The notes under the pieces: model-generated
Databases searched by the model: none
What the model was told of the DNA's origin: nothing
The model's input: only the letters and a program-made list of their open reading frames with translations
Shown: one piece after another, positions 14,767-31,972 of the stretch
Position numbering within the stretch: position 1 is the stretch's first letter
Layout: each line of letters starts with the position of its first letter
Assembly: GCA_963693365.1 (NCBI GenBank)
Contig: CAVNZM010000015.1
Coordinates: 62,001 to 126,000 of the forward strand
DNA: 64,000 nucleotides
DNA from: Amoebidium appalachense
Lineage: Eukaryota > Protista > Ichthyosporea
Direction: 5' to 3'
Made by a program: the position numbers and the translations under genes

Positions 14767-14904
14767 CCACCAGTGCTGGACGGAGTGCCGTTCTTTGAAT
14801 CGATTTGTATTCGATTGATCCGGCAGAGATCCGGAGTGCCACCAGTGCTGGGCGAAGTGCCGTTCTTTGAATCGATTTGTAATCGATTGATCCGGCAGAG
14901 ATCC
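14767..14904 (+). repeat. Two 72-bp-period direct repeats, each able to form a stem-loop
   Basis: ccaccagtgctgg...gtgccgttctttgaatcgatttgta[t/a]tcgattgatccggcagagatcc starts at 14767 and 14839. Internal complements are TGCCG/CGGCA and AATCGA/TCGATT. Confidence 0.85.
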
Positions 14905-15403
14905 AATGTTCTCTTATAAAATGAACATAACTACTGCAAAACACCCAGGGTGTGCGCACTTGGACTGTCTTCCCTGTTATTCGAACCCCCCCCCCCCCCC
15001 CCCCCCCCCCCTCCCTCCCGGGGACTGTGGAGTGTGGATGACTTTCGGGTTCCCCTGAGTAGGGGGTCTGCTTATAATGTGTACTCCACAACCGATCATG
15101 ACACACAGACACACACACACACACACACACACACACCGGCCACAGGCATTCGAACTACAACGTGGCGGCAGGTTTCGATTCGACAATACAGGCCACGGAA
15201 CTTTTTGAGCTCAGTGTTTGACAAGGAGCGAGCCCCTTCCCCCCCCCTTCCCCCCTCCCCCCCCCCCCTCCCCCCCCTCGGGCCCCCCTCCTCCCCGACC
15301 TCACCCCACCCACCCTGCACCCACCCACCACCACCAACACACACACACACAGACCCCCCCACCCACCCACCCCACCCCCTTCCCTGCCCCTCCCCCCAGG
15401 AGG

Positions 15404-15453
<50 letters not shown>

Positions 15454-15870
15454 CAGCAAAACGACTAATGGTTCAACGTAGACTAGGTACCCCGTCAGAC
15501 TACAGACTTTCAGTAAAATTTCAATCTGAAATGATGTCACCCTGAGAAAATTCCATTTATGGAAGTATCTCAGGTCGACGTCACATGCCATAGCGATTCA
15601 GCCGGCTGCGGCTAAATTTGTTAATAGTCTGACAGAGTACATACCAGTGACAAGTCATCATTGGTAACCGTGGTGAGTGGAAGTACTATGGGGATCCCAG
15701 CAGAAACCTAAACGCATCCCGGCCTACACCGAATATCGACTACTTAACAAATTTAACAGCAAAATCCCCCTTGATTTCCATAAAAACATTGCCGCTATTA
15801 GCTATCCCAAGCCGGACACACGTACCTCGGGGGAAAGCTAACAATGTGTATGCGCACACACGTGTGCGTG

Positions 15871-15908
<38 letters not shown>

Positions 15909-15913
15909 GTGTG

Positions 15914-16035
<122 letters not shown>

Positions 16036-16042
16036 TTTTTTT

Positions 16043-16086
<44 letters not shown>

Positions 16087-16144
16087 CGCGCATGTGTGCT
16101 TGCGTGCGTGCGCGCATGTGTACTTGCGTGCATGCGTGCGTGCA

Positions 16145-16176
<32 letters not shown>

Positions 16177-16784
16177 TGTGTGTGATGGCCCGGCAGCCAG
16201 CCGGGGGAGGGGTGTTACAGGGGGGGGGGGGGGGGGGGGGTTAGGGAAAGAGGGGGGAGTGATGGCCGGGGTCGAGGGAGGAAGGGAAGGCGAGGAGGAC
16301 GAGGGAGGGATGGTGGGAGGGAGGGAGGGAGGGAGGGAAATAGCAATCAGATCCGACAATGAATGAATGAATGCAACCATAAATGGTAGCAATTATGATT
16401 ATTTATTGATATTAATAATAATAGCAGTGTTGCCATTGCACGCCTCAGCCCAATCCCGCATTTATAAGCACAGGCATGATTTCACTGCGCAACACTATTA
16501 GGTATTCTAAACTTCATATTCTAGCCACATTTGATTTTTCTTTTAAACGGATTTTGTTTAGATCAGGCATCAGAGAGGGCTAAGAATGGATATATAGTAT
16601 GTACAATTGCCAGAGACACAACGAGATAGTCACGTAGATAGCTTCATCGTATATCCAACGAGATATATCGAATACGAAAATTCAAACTCAAGATTTCTAC
16701 AACGTCATGTATGAACTCAGCTACGGTTGCCAACACTCACCAAATTGTTACCCGTGGAAAAAAGCTCAGCATACACAATAAGTG

Positions 16785-18416
<1,632 letters not shown>

Positions 18417-19530
18417 TTTTCCGGACTACACAGGGAAACGTTTAAAAAGACTTTTGAGTTAGATCATCAGCGCCAGCAACGATGCTCACGACGCAAGAGG
18501 GGTAAGCGCTTTTGTTAATCTAATGAAAATAACGCTACCACCCACACAATATACACCAGTTACAACTCCTTTATCCTCGTATATTATGGATCACATCTCA
18601 TTCGTAGTGGGGGTTCAACTAGAAGCTTTTTCATGACCCACACGCTGAATTCTCAACTGCTCATGACAAAGAAGGTTGCTCTATAGACAGGTAAACGGTA
18701 CAGTGTTAAAATGCGATCGTGCGCTTCCTTTTATAGAGCTAGACTCTTCCGATGCTAACGCATCACCCCTTTCGCGATCGTGCCAGCTATAGACGTCGAC
18801 AGAGCAAGCGTTTCCTTTCGAAGTTTTTCTTTCCGAAGTTTTCAATTTTTATTTTTTTTATTTTTTTTTGGTCCTCAAGCATTACGGAAATTTGGTCGAT
18901 GAGGTGCAGCTTTAGCCCCCGGAATGCTACGGAAAGGTAGCCCTACGTAACATACCTGTGAGTGATAATACCCGGCATCTCTCCATGAATTTCAGCTGTA
19001 AATTTACTTATCATGAGTCAGCCGCTCGTTAACGGGGTTCTTTATAGGGGGGTTTTACATTGATGCCAGATTGTATGATTTGCGCGCTTTCTGATTCCTC
19101 ATAAAAGGCTGCGGCCTAAAGTTCATCAAGTCCGACGTCGCTGTGTGGGGTGGTCTGAACTCGTGTGTATTCGTAAAGGCTTATTTTTTATTGTGTTAGT
19201 GAGGAGTTATTTATTATAGTTTTGATGGTGAGCTAGTGTGGGTGTGGTGCTTTGAGGGCACGGGTATGGACTTTTTGTGTGCTTTCGTCGGGGGTTGAAC
19301 ACGATAGGTACTCCTACTTTTAAGCGAGCTATTCGTTTGTGTGCAAACACTTTTTCTTCATGGTGCCTGTGGCTAGCCAGCAACTTGTATGGGTATTGTT
19401 TGCCGGTAGCATAATAGGAAGGTGTAACTGTTACTTTGCTCCACACTTTAGAACTCACGTCAAGCATCTTTTTTTCGGTCGGTATGAATTGAACTCTTGC
19501 TCGCTCCTGAGGTAACCAAGGTGGGTGGAG

Positions 19531-19860
<330 letters not shown>

Positions 19861-20726
19861 CCCTCCCCCTCTCTCTCCCCTCCCCCCTCTTCCCCCTCCC
19901 CCCCCCCCCTCTCCCTCCGTTGTTCGTTTACTTTCGTGTCTGATCTACCTACAGCCATCTCAAAGGCTTCTAACGTTGCACGCGAAGGCACACACAACCG
20001 GTGGTGTGGTGTTTTTTATTCTTAGCGCTTGCTTTCGTTTTGAGTCAGACAAGAACAGCCATAGTGTATTTTTATGTCGAGCACGTGCACGTGCATAAAC
20101 ACACACATGCACCCACGCGAGGTCTCACTCAGTACCTTGCAGCCAACGACGCTCATATACCTGCACACAACTTGGGTCGTTGAGAACCCAACATTTCCGA
20201 GTCGTGTGTGCAATTCTGTCTGCTGTGTGCTGCTGGCACTGGTTTGCCTGTCATAAAAAGTGTGTTAGATGACATAGCGATCCCTTGTGACTGCGCTCAC
20301 TTATATGAGCCTTGTGCACTGCTGTATAGCTGGCCTTACAATCCTAAATACATAATACTGAGAAACACACAAGAATGCACACAGACAAGTGAGGTTGTGC
20401 ACGAACACAGGTACACACGAATAGGCACGCACATACACCACTACACAATCACACACACACACACACACACTTGGGAACCAGTGTGTGCCTCAAGGTATAT
20501 GCTGTCTGGATTCTTGACGCTGCCAAACACCAAGCACATGTGCACGTGCACCAGCAGATTTGCTTGACAGGTGCCTTGTTTGTGGGCACGGGTCAAATTA
20601 GTTGTTTACACCTGCTGCTAAGAAGTGCCTGGGTATGTTATTAACCTCTCTAAACCAACGGCCAATATTTTTTAACATTTTTCTCTTTCTCCCCCAGATA
20701 GAGACACGTTTGGGCGTGCTGCAAAA

Positions 20727-21436
20727 ATGTGGCTTCTGGAGCTGTGCTCCGGCGCAGAGTAAGTGCCCCCTTTGTGTGTGCCAATGGTGTTGGGTGGAAG
20801 GGGGTGGAACAGGATGGAACGACTCAAGATGCGGGTAGGTCTGGTCTGGTCGTGGCTGTTGGGGAGGGTTGAGAATAGGATGTATGAGCACGTGCATACA
20901 CACATGATGCACAAGAACATAACACATAGACACATCGTGCTCAAGAACATGGCGCACAAGAAGACCCATCCACTTAAGGAAACGGGAAGAGGAAACGTTT
21001 GTGCGGAAAAAAGTGGAAAGGAGGGGGAGTAGATTGTAAGTAGGACCGATGGATGAAAGGTTGATGGTCATGGACCTAAGTGACAGGATGTTGCTCTTGT
21101 AGGCTGATGGGGGGCCAGGACAGCTGGGTAAAATGTGTGCTGTTGTGTATGTGCTATGTTCACCTAAGTGGTGTATTCTGTTACTTGACCCAGTCTGCTC
21201 GTTTTTGGCCTAGAGAGGGAGTTGGTTATTTAGCCACAGCATGTGGTTGAAGCAAGGGTTGGGTTTGGAACCACACGCAAGTGGTTAAGAGTGGAAAACC
21301 AGTTTGATGATTGTGGGTCTTCGATGTGTTTGATTCCGACTGGTTGCGACTTTCTAACGCATAGCTCCCGCTTCCCTCCCCCCCTGCTCTTCCCCCCCCC
21401 CCCCCCCCCCCCCCCCCGCCCTCCCGCCTTCCCCCG

Positions 21437-21507
<71 letters not shown>

Positions 21508-23110
21508 ACACACACGTACACACCCACACAGTGCGCGTGACAACCTACCCAAGCTGGTGCCTCTCGAGGGGCGCAACCTGCCCCTTGTGATTGGGCGAGA
21601 CAGTGAAGTGAGCCTGGACTCCCAGCACTACCCATGCTCTGTATCACGGCAACATGCACAGCTGGACATGGTCGATGGTGGGTGCTGGCACGTGCACAGG
21701 CACAGGCACACATGGACAGGCACACATAACACGGACATGCATACATAGACACATACATATGCCCGAGCACACACATGGACAGGCACGCATGGGCACACAT
21801 GGGCAGGCACACAAATCACGGACCGTCACAGGCACGTATGAACAGGCTGTACAGGTGCGCCTTCTCGTGCCTTTTGTGTCCACGCATAGCACAGCCAGCG
21901 CATGCCAAGGAGCTTTAAAGCCCTCAAGCACATTAACATACACACACGTGTGCATGCATACACGTAAACATCTCCCATGCACGTGCACACATGTCCACAT
22001 GACCAAATGGCCATCTGGATGCCACCCACATTCACACGAGGGCAACCAAGTGGCTCTGGATGCACTTTGTTTGTCTGTAAGCGCACACCGCTACATGGAT
22101 ATGCAACACAGCTTGGCGCACACATACACAACCGTGCATACATGCGCACGTACGGGCATGGACACCTGCACCCAACATCCGCCCACTTCTAAGGGCAACG
22201 GCAAGCAAGAGTGTGCAAACCCACACACACCACATTTCATATCAACCTACATTATGTGCGAACACACCCACATTCACGCCCACACTCACAAGCACAGGCA
22301 CGTGCACACACATGCCCGCTCCACCACCCATCTCTGCCTGTGTGCTCTATTCTCATATCCCCCCCATGCCCCAACACACACACAGGGTCGTGGACCGTCA
22401 TGGACATGGGCAGTTTGAATGGGTATGCCCCCCCCCCCCCCCCCTCCCCCCCTTTCCCCCACCCAGCCACCCACCCACCCCGGGGAGACACACCCACATA
22501 CAGACATATAAATGGCCGCACTGCGTGTTTGCACTAAGCAGGGAAGTGCAAACGATTCACTGCAGTCCCTTCCTCTCCTGACTTTGCAAGGCTTAATGCT
22601 GTTGCACGTTGCCCAAAGAACAACCCAGTTGTTCGATCAAGTCTCCATCTTATTCCGTCCTTTTCCACCTCCACCCTTCATATGCTGTTTATCCTTTTCT
22701 AGACAGTAGCAGGGCATACCAGGACCTTTTTGGCTTTCTTCCTTCTCCTTTTTGCGCTCGATGCTTCATGCTTACACCTCACATCTGGGGTCTTTGCCTG
22801 CACAGCACACAAAATGGTTGGATGGTGATATAATGCATGTTGGCAGACACAGAGGTATATATGCATGCACACAAACATATGCACCCCCCCTCCCCCCTCC
22901 CCCCTTAGACACATGTACGCTCACACGCGCGCACACACACCTACGCACACATGCACCCATACAACCCCCCCCCACACCCCTCACCACACACTTACACAGG
23001 TATGCGTACACACACACACATTCACATACAACACACACACACACACACAAACACACTCGCATCCAAACAACACACATACCCACACACAACCCCCCCCCCT
23101 CCCCCCCCCC

Positions 23111-23141
<31 letters not shown>

Positions 23142-24479
23142 ACCCCCACCCACAGAACCATGGTCAATGACCGTATGGTGCCAGCACGTAAACCCGTTCG
23201 GCTGCGTGCTGGGGACGTGCTTACGTTTGGCCGGCAGGCCATACCCCCCAGTGAGGTTCGGTACCGGCTGACCAATAGGGACCAGGCAGAGGCTGCCGTT
23301 AGCCACAGGTATGATGGGTGTTAAAGGGGGTTAGTGGCTATGGTTGTGATAGACCTATTGCCTGGTAGAAAACTGCATGAGTGAACGCACACGCGTGCCC
23401 CGGCACGCTAAAGCAGGCGAGATTTTATTCTGTAACTCCATTTTAAGATTTTTGTCGTAAATCCATTTTCAAGTCCGTAGCTTAGAGAACGTGAAGAGGA
23501 TAGAGATGAGAAAAAGATCTGCGCTTCCCCCAAGTCTTCACGTGTAGGCGTGTCTCTCTGCGAACTGCTCTTACACACACACATACACAGGCACACGTTA
23601 TCTACCACTATCCCACCCACACACTGGGACATACGCAGATGCGCATATCTGCGCATGCACATTCAAGCACACACCTTAGCATACTAAACGCCCCACCCAC
23701 CCTGACACTGCCATTCACCACCTTTCACTCCCCACCACAAACACACAAAAACACACACACACACACACACACACACATGCTCGCGCACATGCATAGAAGC
23801 ACACACACACACATACACACACACACGTACACACACACAGGCACTCCACACCCGGTGCTGCTCCCAGCACCACCGCAGCCAACCAACACCCAGTTGGTCG
23901 GCGTACATCAGACTTTGGTGCGAGGGAGAGAGACCTATTTGATGGGCGGGGGAGAGGAGCAATGAACCCAAGAAACAATCTTCGACCTGTAATTTCAAAC
24001 GGCATGCCGGCAGGCAGGGGGCAAGGGCCGGAGTTAGACAGAGGGGAGGATGTGCGAAATTGGAGGGGTGGGGGTCACGAGGGTATAGGGAGAGGCGATG
24101 GAAACCTGTGGGGACTGCATGGAAACATGGACGGGGAGGAGAGGAGGGCCGTGGATCGGATAGACGAGAGACAGAGGGAGAGGGAAAGGGAGAGGGCGAG
24201 AGAGAGAGAAAGGGAGAGGGAGAGGGAGAGGGAAAGCGAGAGGGAGAGGGAGAGAGAAAGGGAGAGAGAGAGGCTGGGCCTGCCTGCAGGGAGGTATGGT
24301 CTGCTGCCAGACAGCCAGGGGTCGCAGGAGAACGGTTTGTGTCCCCCTCTTGCACCCCTCTAAAACACACTCCCATGTTACTTCAATGCACCACCACTCA
24401 AAAGGCACACACACCCATGTGACACCTTTGCGTGACTTTAATCTTCACGATTTCTGACACATACACACGCACGCAAGCG

Positions 24480-24548
<69 letters not shown>

Positions 24549-26146
24549 GCATGACGCCTTTGTACGACTCTGCACATGCTACCCTTTTATCTACATTCCC
24601 TGGGACGCTTGTCATGGCTTTGCCCAACCCAGTCCCCTCACTGTGTCTAAACTCGCGTTGTTAGAGCCCCTTGGGGTGGGTAGAGACTATTGTGTGTAGT
24701 TTTTGGTTGTAAGGGGTTGGTGATCGGCGTGTAGCATTAAGCACATGCAAAGAAACGACCACGGTCATTGTTAGGCACCATGGATGATGGAGGCACTTTC
24801 TCCCCATCCTGCACAAACCCTCATGCCTTTGTTGCTTTTTTCGGGTATCTGCATGGTGTTTCCACGGTGCAACACATTTTGAAGCCCCCCCCCCCCCACA
24901 CACACACCACCACCACCACCACACACACACACACACCCCTTTCCCCTGGCTCTCACCTTCTACCGCGCCTGCGCGCACGCACACACACCCTCACACTCAC
25001 ACACACCCACACCCTTCCCTCCCTCTCTCTCGCCCTGTCTTACCTCCTCTCACTCTCACACAAGCAAAACTTACATACGAACGCACACACACTTCTTCCG
25101 TCCCCCTCACTCCCTGCTCCCTTTCTCCTTCACGCACACACACACACATGCACATACAAGATACATGCACGCTCATCCACTCACACACCCCTTTCCCTTC
25201 TCCCCCACACTCCCCCCCCTCCCCCCCCCCCCCCCCCCCCCCCCCCACCTCCAACCCCACCCCACCCACCCACCCACCCACCCACCCACCCACCCAATCC
25301 CCCCCAAATACCATACAGGATCGGAGCGAACACCCATGGACCTAGACTCCAAACCCGCCCCCACGCCCCCGCCTGCGCCAAGTGAAGGCAGTGACAGTGG
25401 TGCCGATAGTCTGACATGCCCCATATGCTGCTCGTTGGTGGCTGTGCCTTGCACACTGGCTCCATGCGGTCATTTGTTCTGTGCGGGTGGGTGAACACAT
25501 ATACACAATGTATATGTGCACACATGCACACAGAAATACGTGCATATATGCACACATAAACACATGCATATATATGCACACATAAACACATGCATATATA
25601 TGCACACAAATACACATGCATATATCTGCACACAAATACACATGCGTATATATGCACACATAAGCACATGCGTATATATGCACACATAAGCACATGCGTA
25701 TATATGCACACATAAGCACATGCGTATATATGCACACATAAGCACATGCGTATATATGCACACATAAGCACATGCGTATATATGCACACATAAACACATG
25801 CGTATATATGCACACATAAACACATGCATATATATATGCACACATAAACACATGCGTATATATGCACACATAAACACATGCGTATATATGCACACATAAA
25901 CACATGCGTATATATGCACACATAAACACATGCGTACCTGTATATGCATATTTGCACACACGCACACATGCACCATATACACACACCATACATACATGCA
26001 CACAGATGAGTGTTCACACAACGCATGCGCGCACGCACGTAGTGACACACACAAGCATGTCGCACCCGCAGGCACACGCACATACACATGCATGCATGTG
26101 AATCCACACCACATACACGAATGCTGCACACAAGCTCATGCCGCTT

Positions 26147-26212
<66 letters not shown>

Positions 26213-27280
26213 ACACACACACGCCTCATACACAAACCCACCAATTACACACACACCACACGGAGACCAGGCGCACTTACATGCTTACATGAACCAAATC
26301 AATACATGCCCATGCGCACCTGAACACAAGCACACATGCCTTTCCACACACACATCCACATCCATTACCCATTTCATCCACCTTTGCCTCTCCCTCCCCC
26401 CCCCCCCTCCCCCCCCCTCCCCCCCCCCCCCCCCCCCCCCACCACCACCACCACCACCACCACCCACCCACCCACGCACCCCTTTTCCCCCTTCGTTCAC
26501 AGTTTTGCTCGACAGCATGCAATCATGTACTTGTACTCTTCTGCTAGCCAACATGAACAATGGGTCCCACATGCCCACAGCCTTGTACAAAGATGTTTTG
26601 GATCAAACGAGCCCCCCCTCCCGTCCTCTTCCTGCCGTTTAGTTCCAACGGTTCGAAGAGAGGACAGGATAATAACCGAACATCCCCCGACGTTTTTGTT
26701 GTTGCTCTTTGTTGTCTCCTCTGTATTTCCAACCCTCTCACGCATACATCACCCCCCCCTCCCCCGCCCCCCGTCATCTTTCCCAATACGAACGTGCAGT
26801 GCAAGCACCCACATACACACGTGTACACGCACACGCTTTCACACACACACACACGCACACACACACACACCATTCAGCCTGCATCTATGAGGCACGTAGC
26901 AGGCGGGGGCCCATCTGTCCCACGTGCAGAGGCATGTTCCGTGAGCTCGTGCCTTCGCATGCATTCAGTGGATTCATTGAAACTACACTGGTGCCAAGGC
27001 TAGGTGGGTGGGTGGGTGGGTGGGTGGGTGTGTGCGTGCGTGCGTTTGTGTGTGTGTGTGGGGGGGGGGGGGGGGGGGGGGGGGGGGAAGGGGAGGGGGG
27101 AGGGGAGGGGGGGAGGGGGGAGGGTATGTGTTTGTGGGTGTGGGTGTGGGTGTGTTGTGTGTGTGTGTGTTCTTGAAGTTTTTTCTGTGAACACCCGATA
27201 GGGGGTGGGGTGGGAAGGGGAGAACCCAAGTGACTGAAAGAGAACGAGAGAGGGGAAGGGGGGAGGGGGGGGGGAGGAGG

Positions 27281-27330
<50 letters not shown>

Positions 27331-27678
27331 CTTGTGAGAGACACACATGCACCATGCTACAAACAATCTCACATTTGCCCACCCGCGGGGGGATGAAGCG
27401 AGCATGAAGGGACACAACATACACACACACATTTGCTCCACACCACATGGCCTGATTGAGCCACATGTCAGTGGCCTATGCGTGTGTAGTTGGTTGTGTT
27501 TTGTGCTCACCATGACTAGAGAGCACAGGCAGGGTTTACCCCTTGTTTTTTGGTTGGCAGATGCAAATGGTGTGGGATTGCTGTGGCAAAGGGGGATAAT
27601 GCTGTAGTGTGCCTGAGGGGGAAGAGAGGGTGGGAGGGGGTGGTGGTGGGGAGGGGGCGGGGAGAGAGAGGGGGGAGG

Positions 27679-27718
<40 letters not shown>

Positions 27719-27835
27719 ATCTAGGGTATAGGATGACCAATATTCTGATGCTTTCTGTGCGCAGATGCGACGGAGAAGGCCGATTGGGAGGATCGGAGAC
27801 GAAGGGGCCAAGCCCTGCTCAGGAGACATACATAG
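20727..27835 (+). CDS. RNF8: FHA + C3HC4 RING E3 ubiquitin ligase, RNF8-like (RNF8/CHFR group), 8 coding exons
   Basis: Exons 20727-20758, 21532-21677, 22386-22422, 23156-23308, 23841-24334, 25319-25486, 26878-27003, 27765-27835, all GT-AG with consistent phases. FHA motifs IGR...SRQHA...DMGSLNGTMVN...[18 protein letters not shown]...[10 protein letters not shown]...CPTCR near the C-terminus, followed by a short helical tail as in RNF8. First exon is the least certain. Confidence 0.85.
25541..25936. repeat. 26-bp minisatellite (CATGCGTATATATGCACACATAA[G/A]CA), about 15 copies, in RNF8-like intron 6
   Basis: Tandem units seen directly. Confidence 0.9.
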
Positions 27836-27956
27836 TGCATGAAGGTCAAATACGTAGGACTAGAGAACGGGGGGGGGGGGAGTAGGGACGGATGACATGT
27901 GGCTCGTAACGCAGGAGGTGGGGGGGGGGGGGGGGGGGGGTCTTGTGTTCTGTACG

Positions 27957-28032
<76 letters not shown>

Positions 28033-28514
28033 TGCATGTGTGTGTGTGTGGAAGTTTTCCTAGTTCTTCGGTGTTTTGTGGGAGGGGGAAATGGGGGTGT
28101 ATAGAATGTCCCGACTTGTACGAAAACAGAATTCACGACGTAAAACATTAGTCCCGGGCTCCTCGGGGGCGGGGGGGGTGGGGGGAGGGGATTTATTGGA
28201 TAAAAGATGATGTATTTTGCACTACGCACAGTAACCGTCTGCTAGCGACACTTGGACGCTTTCAAAACATAACCGTGCAGGGCATGTGTGCCTGCATAAT
28301 TGGCAGATTAAATAAAATGATTCGTGATTCCATTATCCCACCCCCTTCCCCCCCCCCCCCCCCCCCCCCCCCCCACCCCACCCCACCCACCCGCACACAC
28401 ACACACACACACACCCTCCCCTCTGCCTCACCATACGTGGGTGCGCATGCGCGTGCTTACACACACACCTGTCCACCACCATCGGCGCCAAGTCGACCCC
28501 AACCGACACACACA

Positions 28515-28594
<80 letters not shown>

Positions 28595-28781
28595 TCTCTC
28601 TCCCCCTCTCCCTCCTCCCCCCATCCTCACACCTACCCGTCCACTCCCCTCGGCCCCTTCCCCACAACACACACTGTGACACCGCGCGGACGTGCGCGCA
28701 CACACACGTACACACATGTGCACATACACACACACACACCTGTCCACCACCACCGGCACCCCATCGATCCGCCCAGGCACG

Positions 28782-28843
<62 letters not shown>

Positions 28844-30489
28844 AACACACATACACGCCCCCCTATAATGAGGCCTACGGATTATGTACACCACACCGGC
28901 ATGCACACTGCAGAAGTGCACACACCCACACATGTTCACATCCACACGTACATATGCACGTCTGACGCGTGCATCATACGCACTCGCATCACACATATCA
29001 CCATTGCATATACGTAACACATAATACACAGATTACACGTGTGTACACATCGAACGTACACACATGCTCACATGTACACGTGCACGAAATACGGACATGG
29101 ACACATGTACAACATGATACACATTACATATCGTGTACACAATGACTGCATGTGCACACACAACATATGCACACATAACGCGTGCACACGTGCATGCACT
29201 CATGCACCCACTGATCTGAAAAATGCACCCACCTGATGCATCATCATCATCATTATTGTTTTTTTTTGCCCCTAGCCAGTATCAAGGCAATCATTGGATA
29301 ACCCCACTCCCTACACATGTTCCGTCGTTCTCTTCTCATGCTCATACATTCCAGCACCAACTACTTTACTACCGTCGGATTTATCTTCCCCCCCCCCCCC
29401 CTCTTTTCTCCCGGGGTCTGGCAAGACATTGATACGTCTCTATACACTGCTATATTCCAACAAAGCTTATCGTTTATGTATGCATACTGTCTACACGCTT
29501 ACACGGCATAAACCGCACTAACCTTCCAATTCTGGTTTCGAGTCTTCTTTTCTGGTCATGAAAAAAGAGGGGAAAAACAAAAGTTCTCTGATATACCAGT
29601 AGGATTAGACTTTTCAAGTTTGCCACACAACTGTATTCCAGCCGAGGAAACGAATTCCTTATGATACAAAACACAGCACTCCCTACATCCAAACCACAAG
29701 AAGTCCTAGTAGGAGAATAGAACCCATCCACTTCTCATAACTGTAAACCCCCCGTTCACATCAGACGTAGGGAGCCATGAGAGACATACAAATATAAACA
29801 TGCAAGCGTAACCAAACTCACTAGCGGTACATTACATATTAACGTTTACCCCTAAAGCTATTGACAGCAAAAGAAGCCCCCCCCCCCCCCTCCCCCCCCC
29901 CCCCCCCCCCCCCCCGCGGGCCATCTTAAGCAGGATGCCTTCTCTCCGGTAAACCACTACTACGTTCAGGCGCCTCAAGTTTATGTAATTAAATGTCAAT
30001 ATCTACACCTTGTGTGACTAGCCTAGCATCCCTAGGTGTATTTGCCCTACCAGGTTAAAAAAAAAAAGAAAGGCTGTTTTAATTTTGGAAAAGTAGCTAG
30101 TGGCATGACGTTTACTCCCTGTATGCTCACGGATTGATAGCCACTGCACTAGGATTATTACCATATTTGGGCGCTACCAGTAATGGCAGTTGCCTATTGG
30201 CTGGGAGTCACGTTAGTCTGGTTGCTGCCCGTGAAGGTCTCGTGGCTGTGGCATTGAAACGCGATTAGCCTTGAATATGCATAATATCGATGCACGTTAG
30301 GTTTTTGGGTAATTTAGCGCCCAGAACAGAAGTGCACTTTAAACGCTTCACTCACAACATTCAGGTGTACAACACGGCCCCAGGGCAGTTCTCTACACTC
30401 TTTTGTCGTTATATGTGAAAGGAGACGTGGGAGGGGGCGTCTTGGGTCGGGGCCGAGGGAGGAGGGAAAAGGGCGGGGGAGGGGGGAGT

Positions 30490-30535
<46 letters not shown>

Positions 30536-30803
30536 GAACATGGGCGCTGTGGCCGATCCTGCTGTATACACAATCTGTGGGTGGACAATTGCTGGGCATA
30601 TGTCACGTTGTGTGGACATGGATGTGTCTGTATGGAAAATCTCGGGGTGGGGTGGTGGTGGTGGTGGTGGGGGGGGGGGGGGGGGGGGGGGGGGGAGGGG
30701 GGAGGGAGGGGGGGGGGGGGGGGGGGGGGGGGAGGGGGGGCCGGTAGGGGGGGGGGGGGGGGGGGGGATGGGGCGGAGGGGAGGGGGGGAGGAGGGAGCG
30801 GTG

Positions 30804-31804
30804 TTACAGGCGGGGGGCAGGGCAGGGGGGAAGAGAGGAGGGGTGGATGGGAGATGCATACTTGGCCAAAAAGGTGGGCTGGGTCAACGCCAAGTCGTCA
30901 GGAATATTCATGGGTGCACCAATCCCCCCATCTAGGGGGAATGCAATGCTGCCAATGGGGTCCAGTCCTGTTACCCCCAAGAGCGCATCAATGTCGCGGA
31001 TGGACTGCAAAAGTTGTTCGTAGTCTGGGTCTGCATCCACAAGGGTTTCTTCCAAAATTACGTCGCCAAATTCGTCATTTCCATAGGACCCCCCTGCTTC
31101 CAATGTGGTGGATGATGGTGTGGAGTATAGGGAGAGTGTGGTGCTTTGCGGCTGCACCAAAGACCCCAGAGACGCGCTACGAGCCATCATTCTAGGGCGT
31201 AAAGGACCCCCAAACCCGTGAAAATTGGATTGCCCGGGGGTCAGAGTGGGTGTCAGGGGCTCCGTAATTGTCCTCGTGTTGGATCCCCCTTCCGTGGGTG
31301 CAAATGATCCCCCTGACTGTTTCCTTTGGTGTCCGGATTTAGCATGTGTGTTGTAAGGGGCGGAGGATGAAGAGGGTTTTCGTGTCACTGGTTGTTTGTA
31401 TGGGCGGGTGCCTGGGGGTGATAGGCGGTTGGATCCGGGCGTGAGGGGGGGCTGGAGCAAATTTACATTGGGGATGGTCGGGTTTGCCGTGGAGTCGGCT
31501 GGTGGTGCAACGAGCCGGATTTGGTTCATGTCTGTGCGGTCAAGGTCGTCCTGAAAATGGGGTGTGTGTGGGAGGGGGGGGGGTGTGGGGGGTTATAATC
31601 AGTATGTGCCTAGTAAGAGGCGTGGATGGCCATATATCTTCTGGGCACATAGTCGAGATGACGTCGACACATCAGCAACCCCTTCTCCCTCCCCCTAAAC
31701 CCCCCCCCATCCCCCCGCCCTCCGCCCCCTTCTCCCCCCCCCTCCCCTCCCCGCCGTCCCACAACCACATGCATACACATGCGCACACACGTAGGCACGC
31801 GCGT

Positions 31805-31844
<40 letters not shown>

Positions 31845-31907
31845 CACACACACAGCACACACACACGTCACACACAACAAACTCGCGCGCGCGCGCATGT
31901 GCACACA

Positions 31908-31972
<65 letters not shown>

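Noticed and set aside
14767-14904. CRISPR-like reading of the hairpin repeats, and of the 26-bp and 30-bp arrays
   Set aside because: No unique spacers, no cas genes, eukaryotic context.
15597-15662. Box C/D-like ATGATGA...CTGA on the - strand with partial complementarity to 18S CUGCGGCUUAAUUUG
   Set aside because: No terminal stem, pairing fails next to the D box, and no host intron is identified. Needs snoscan or small-RNA data.
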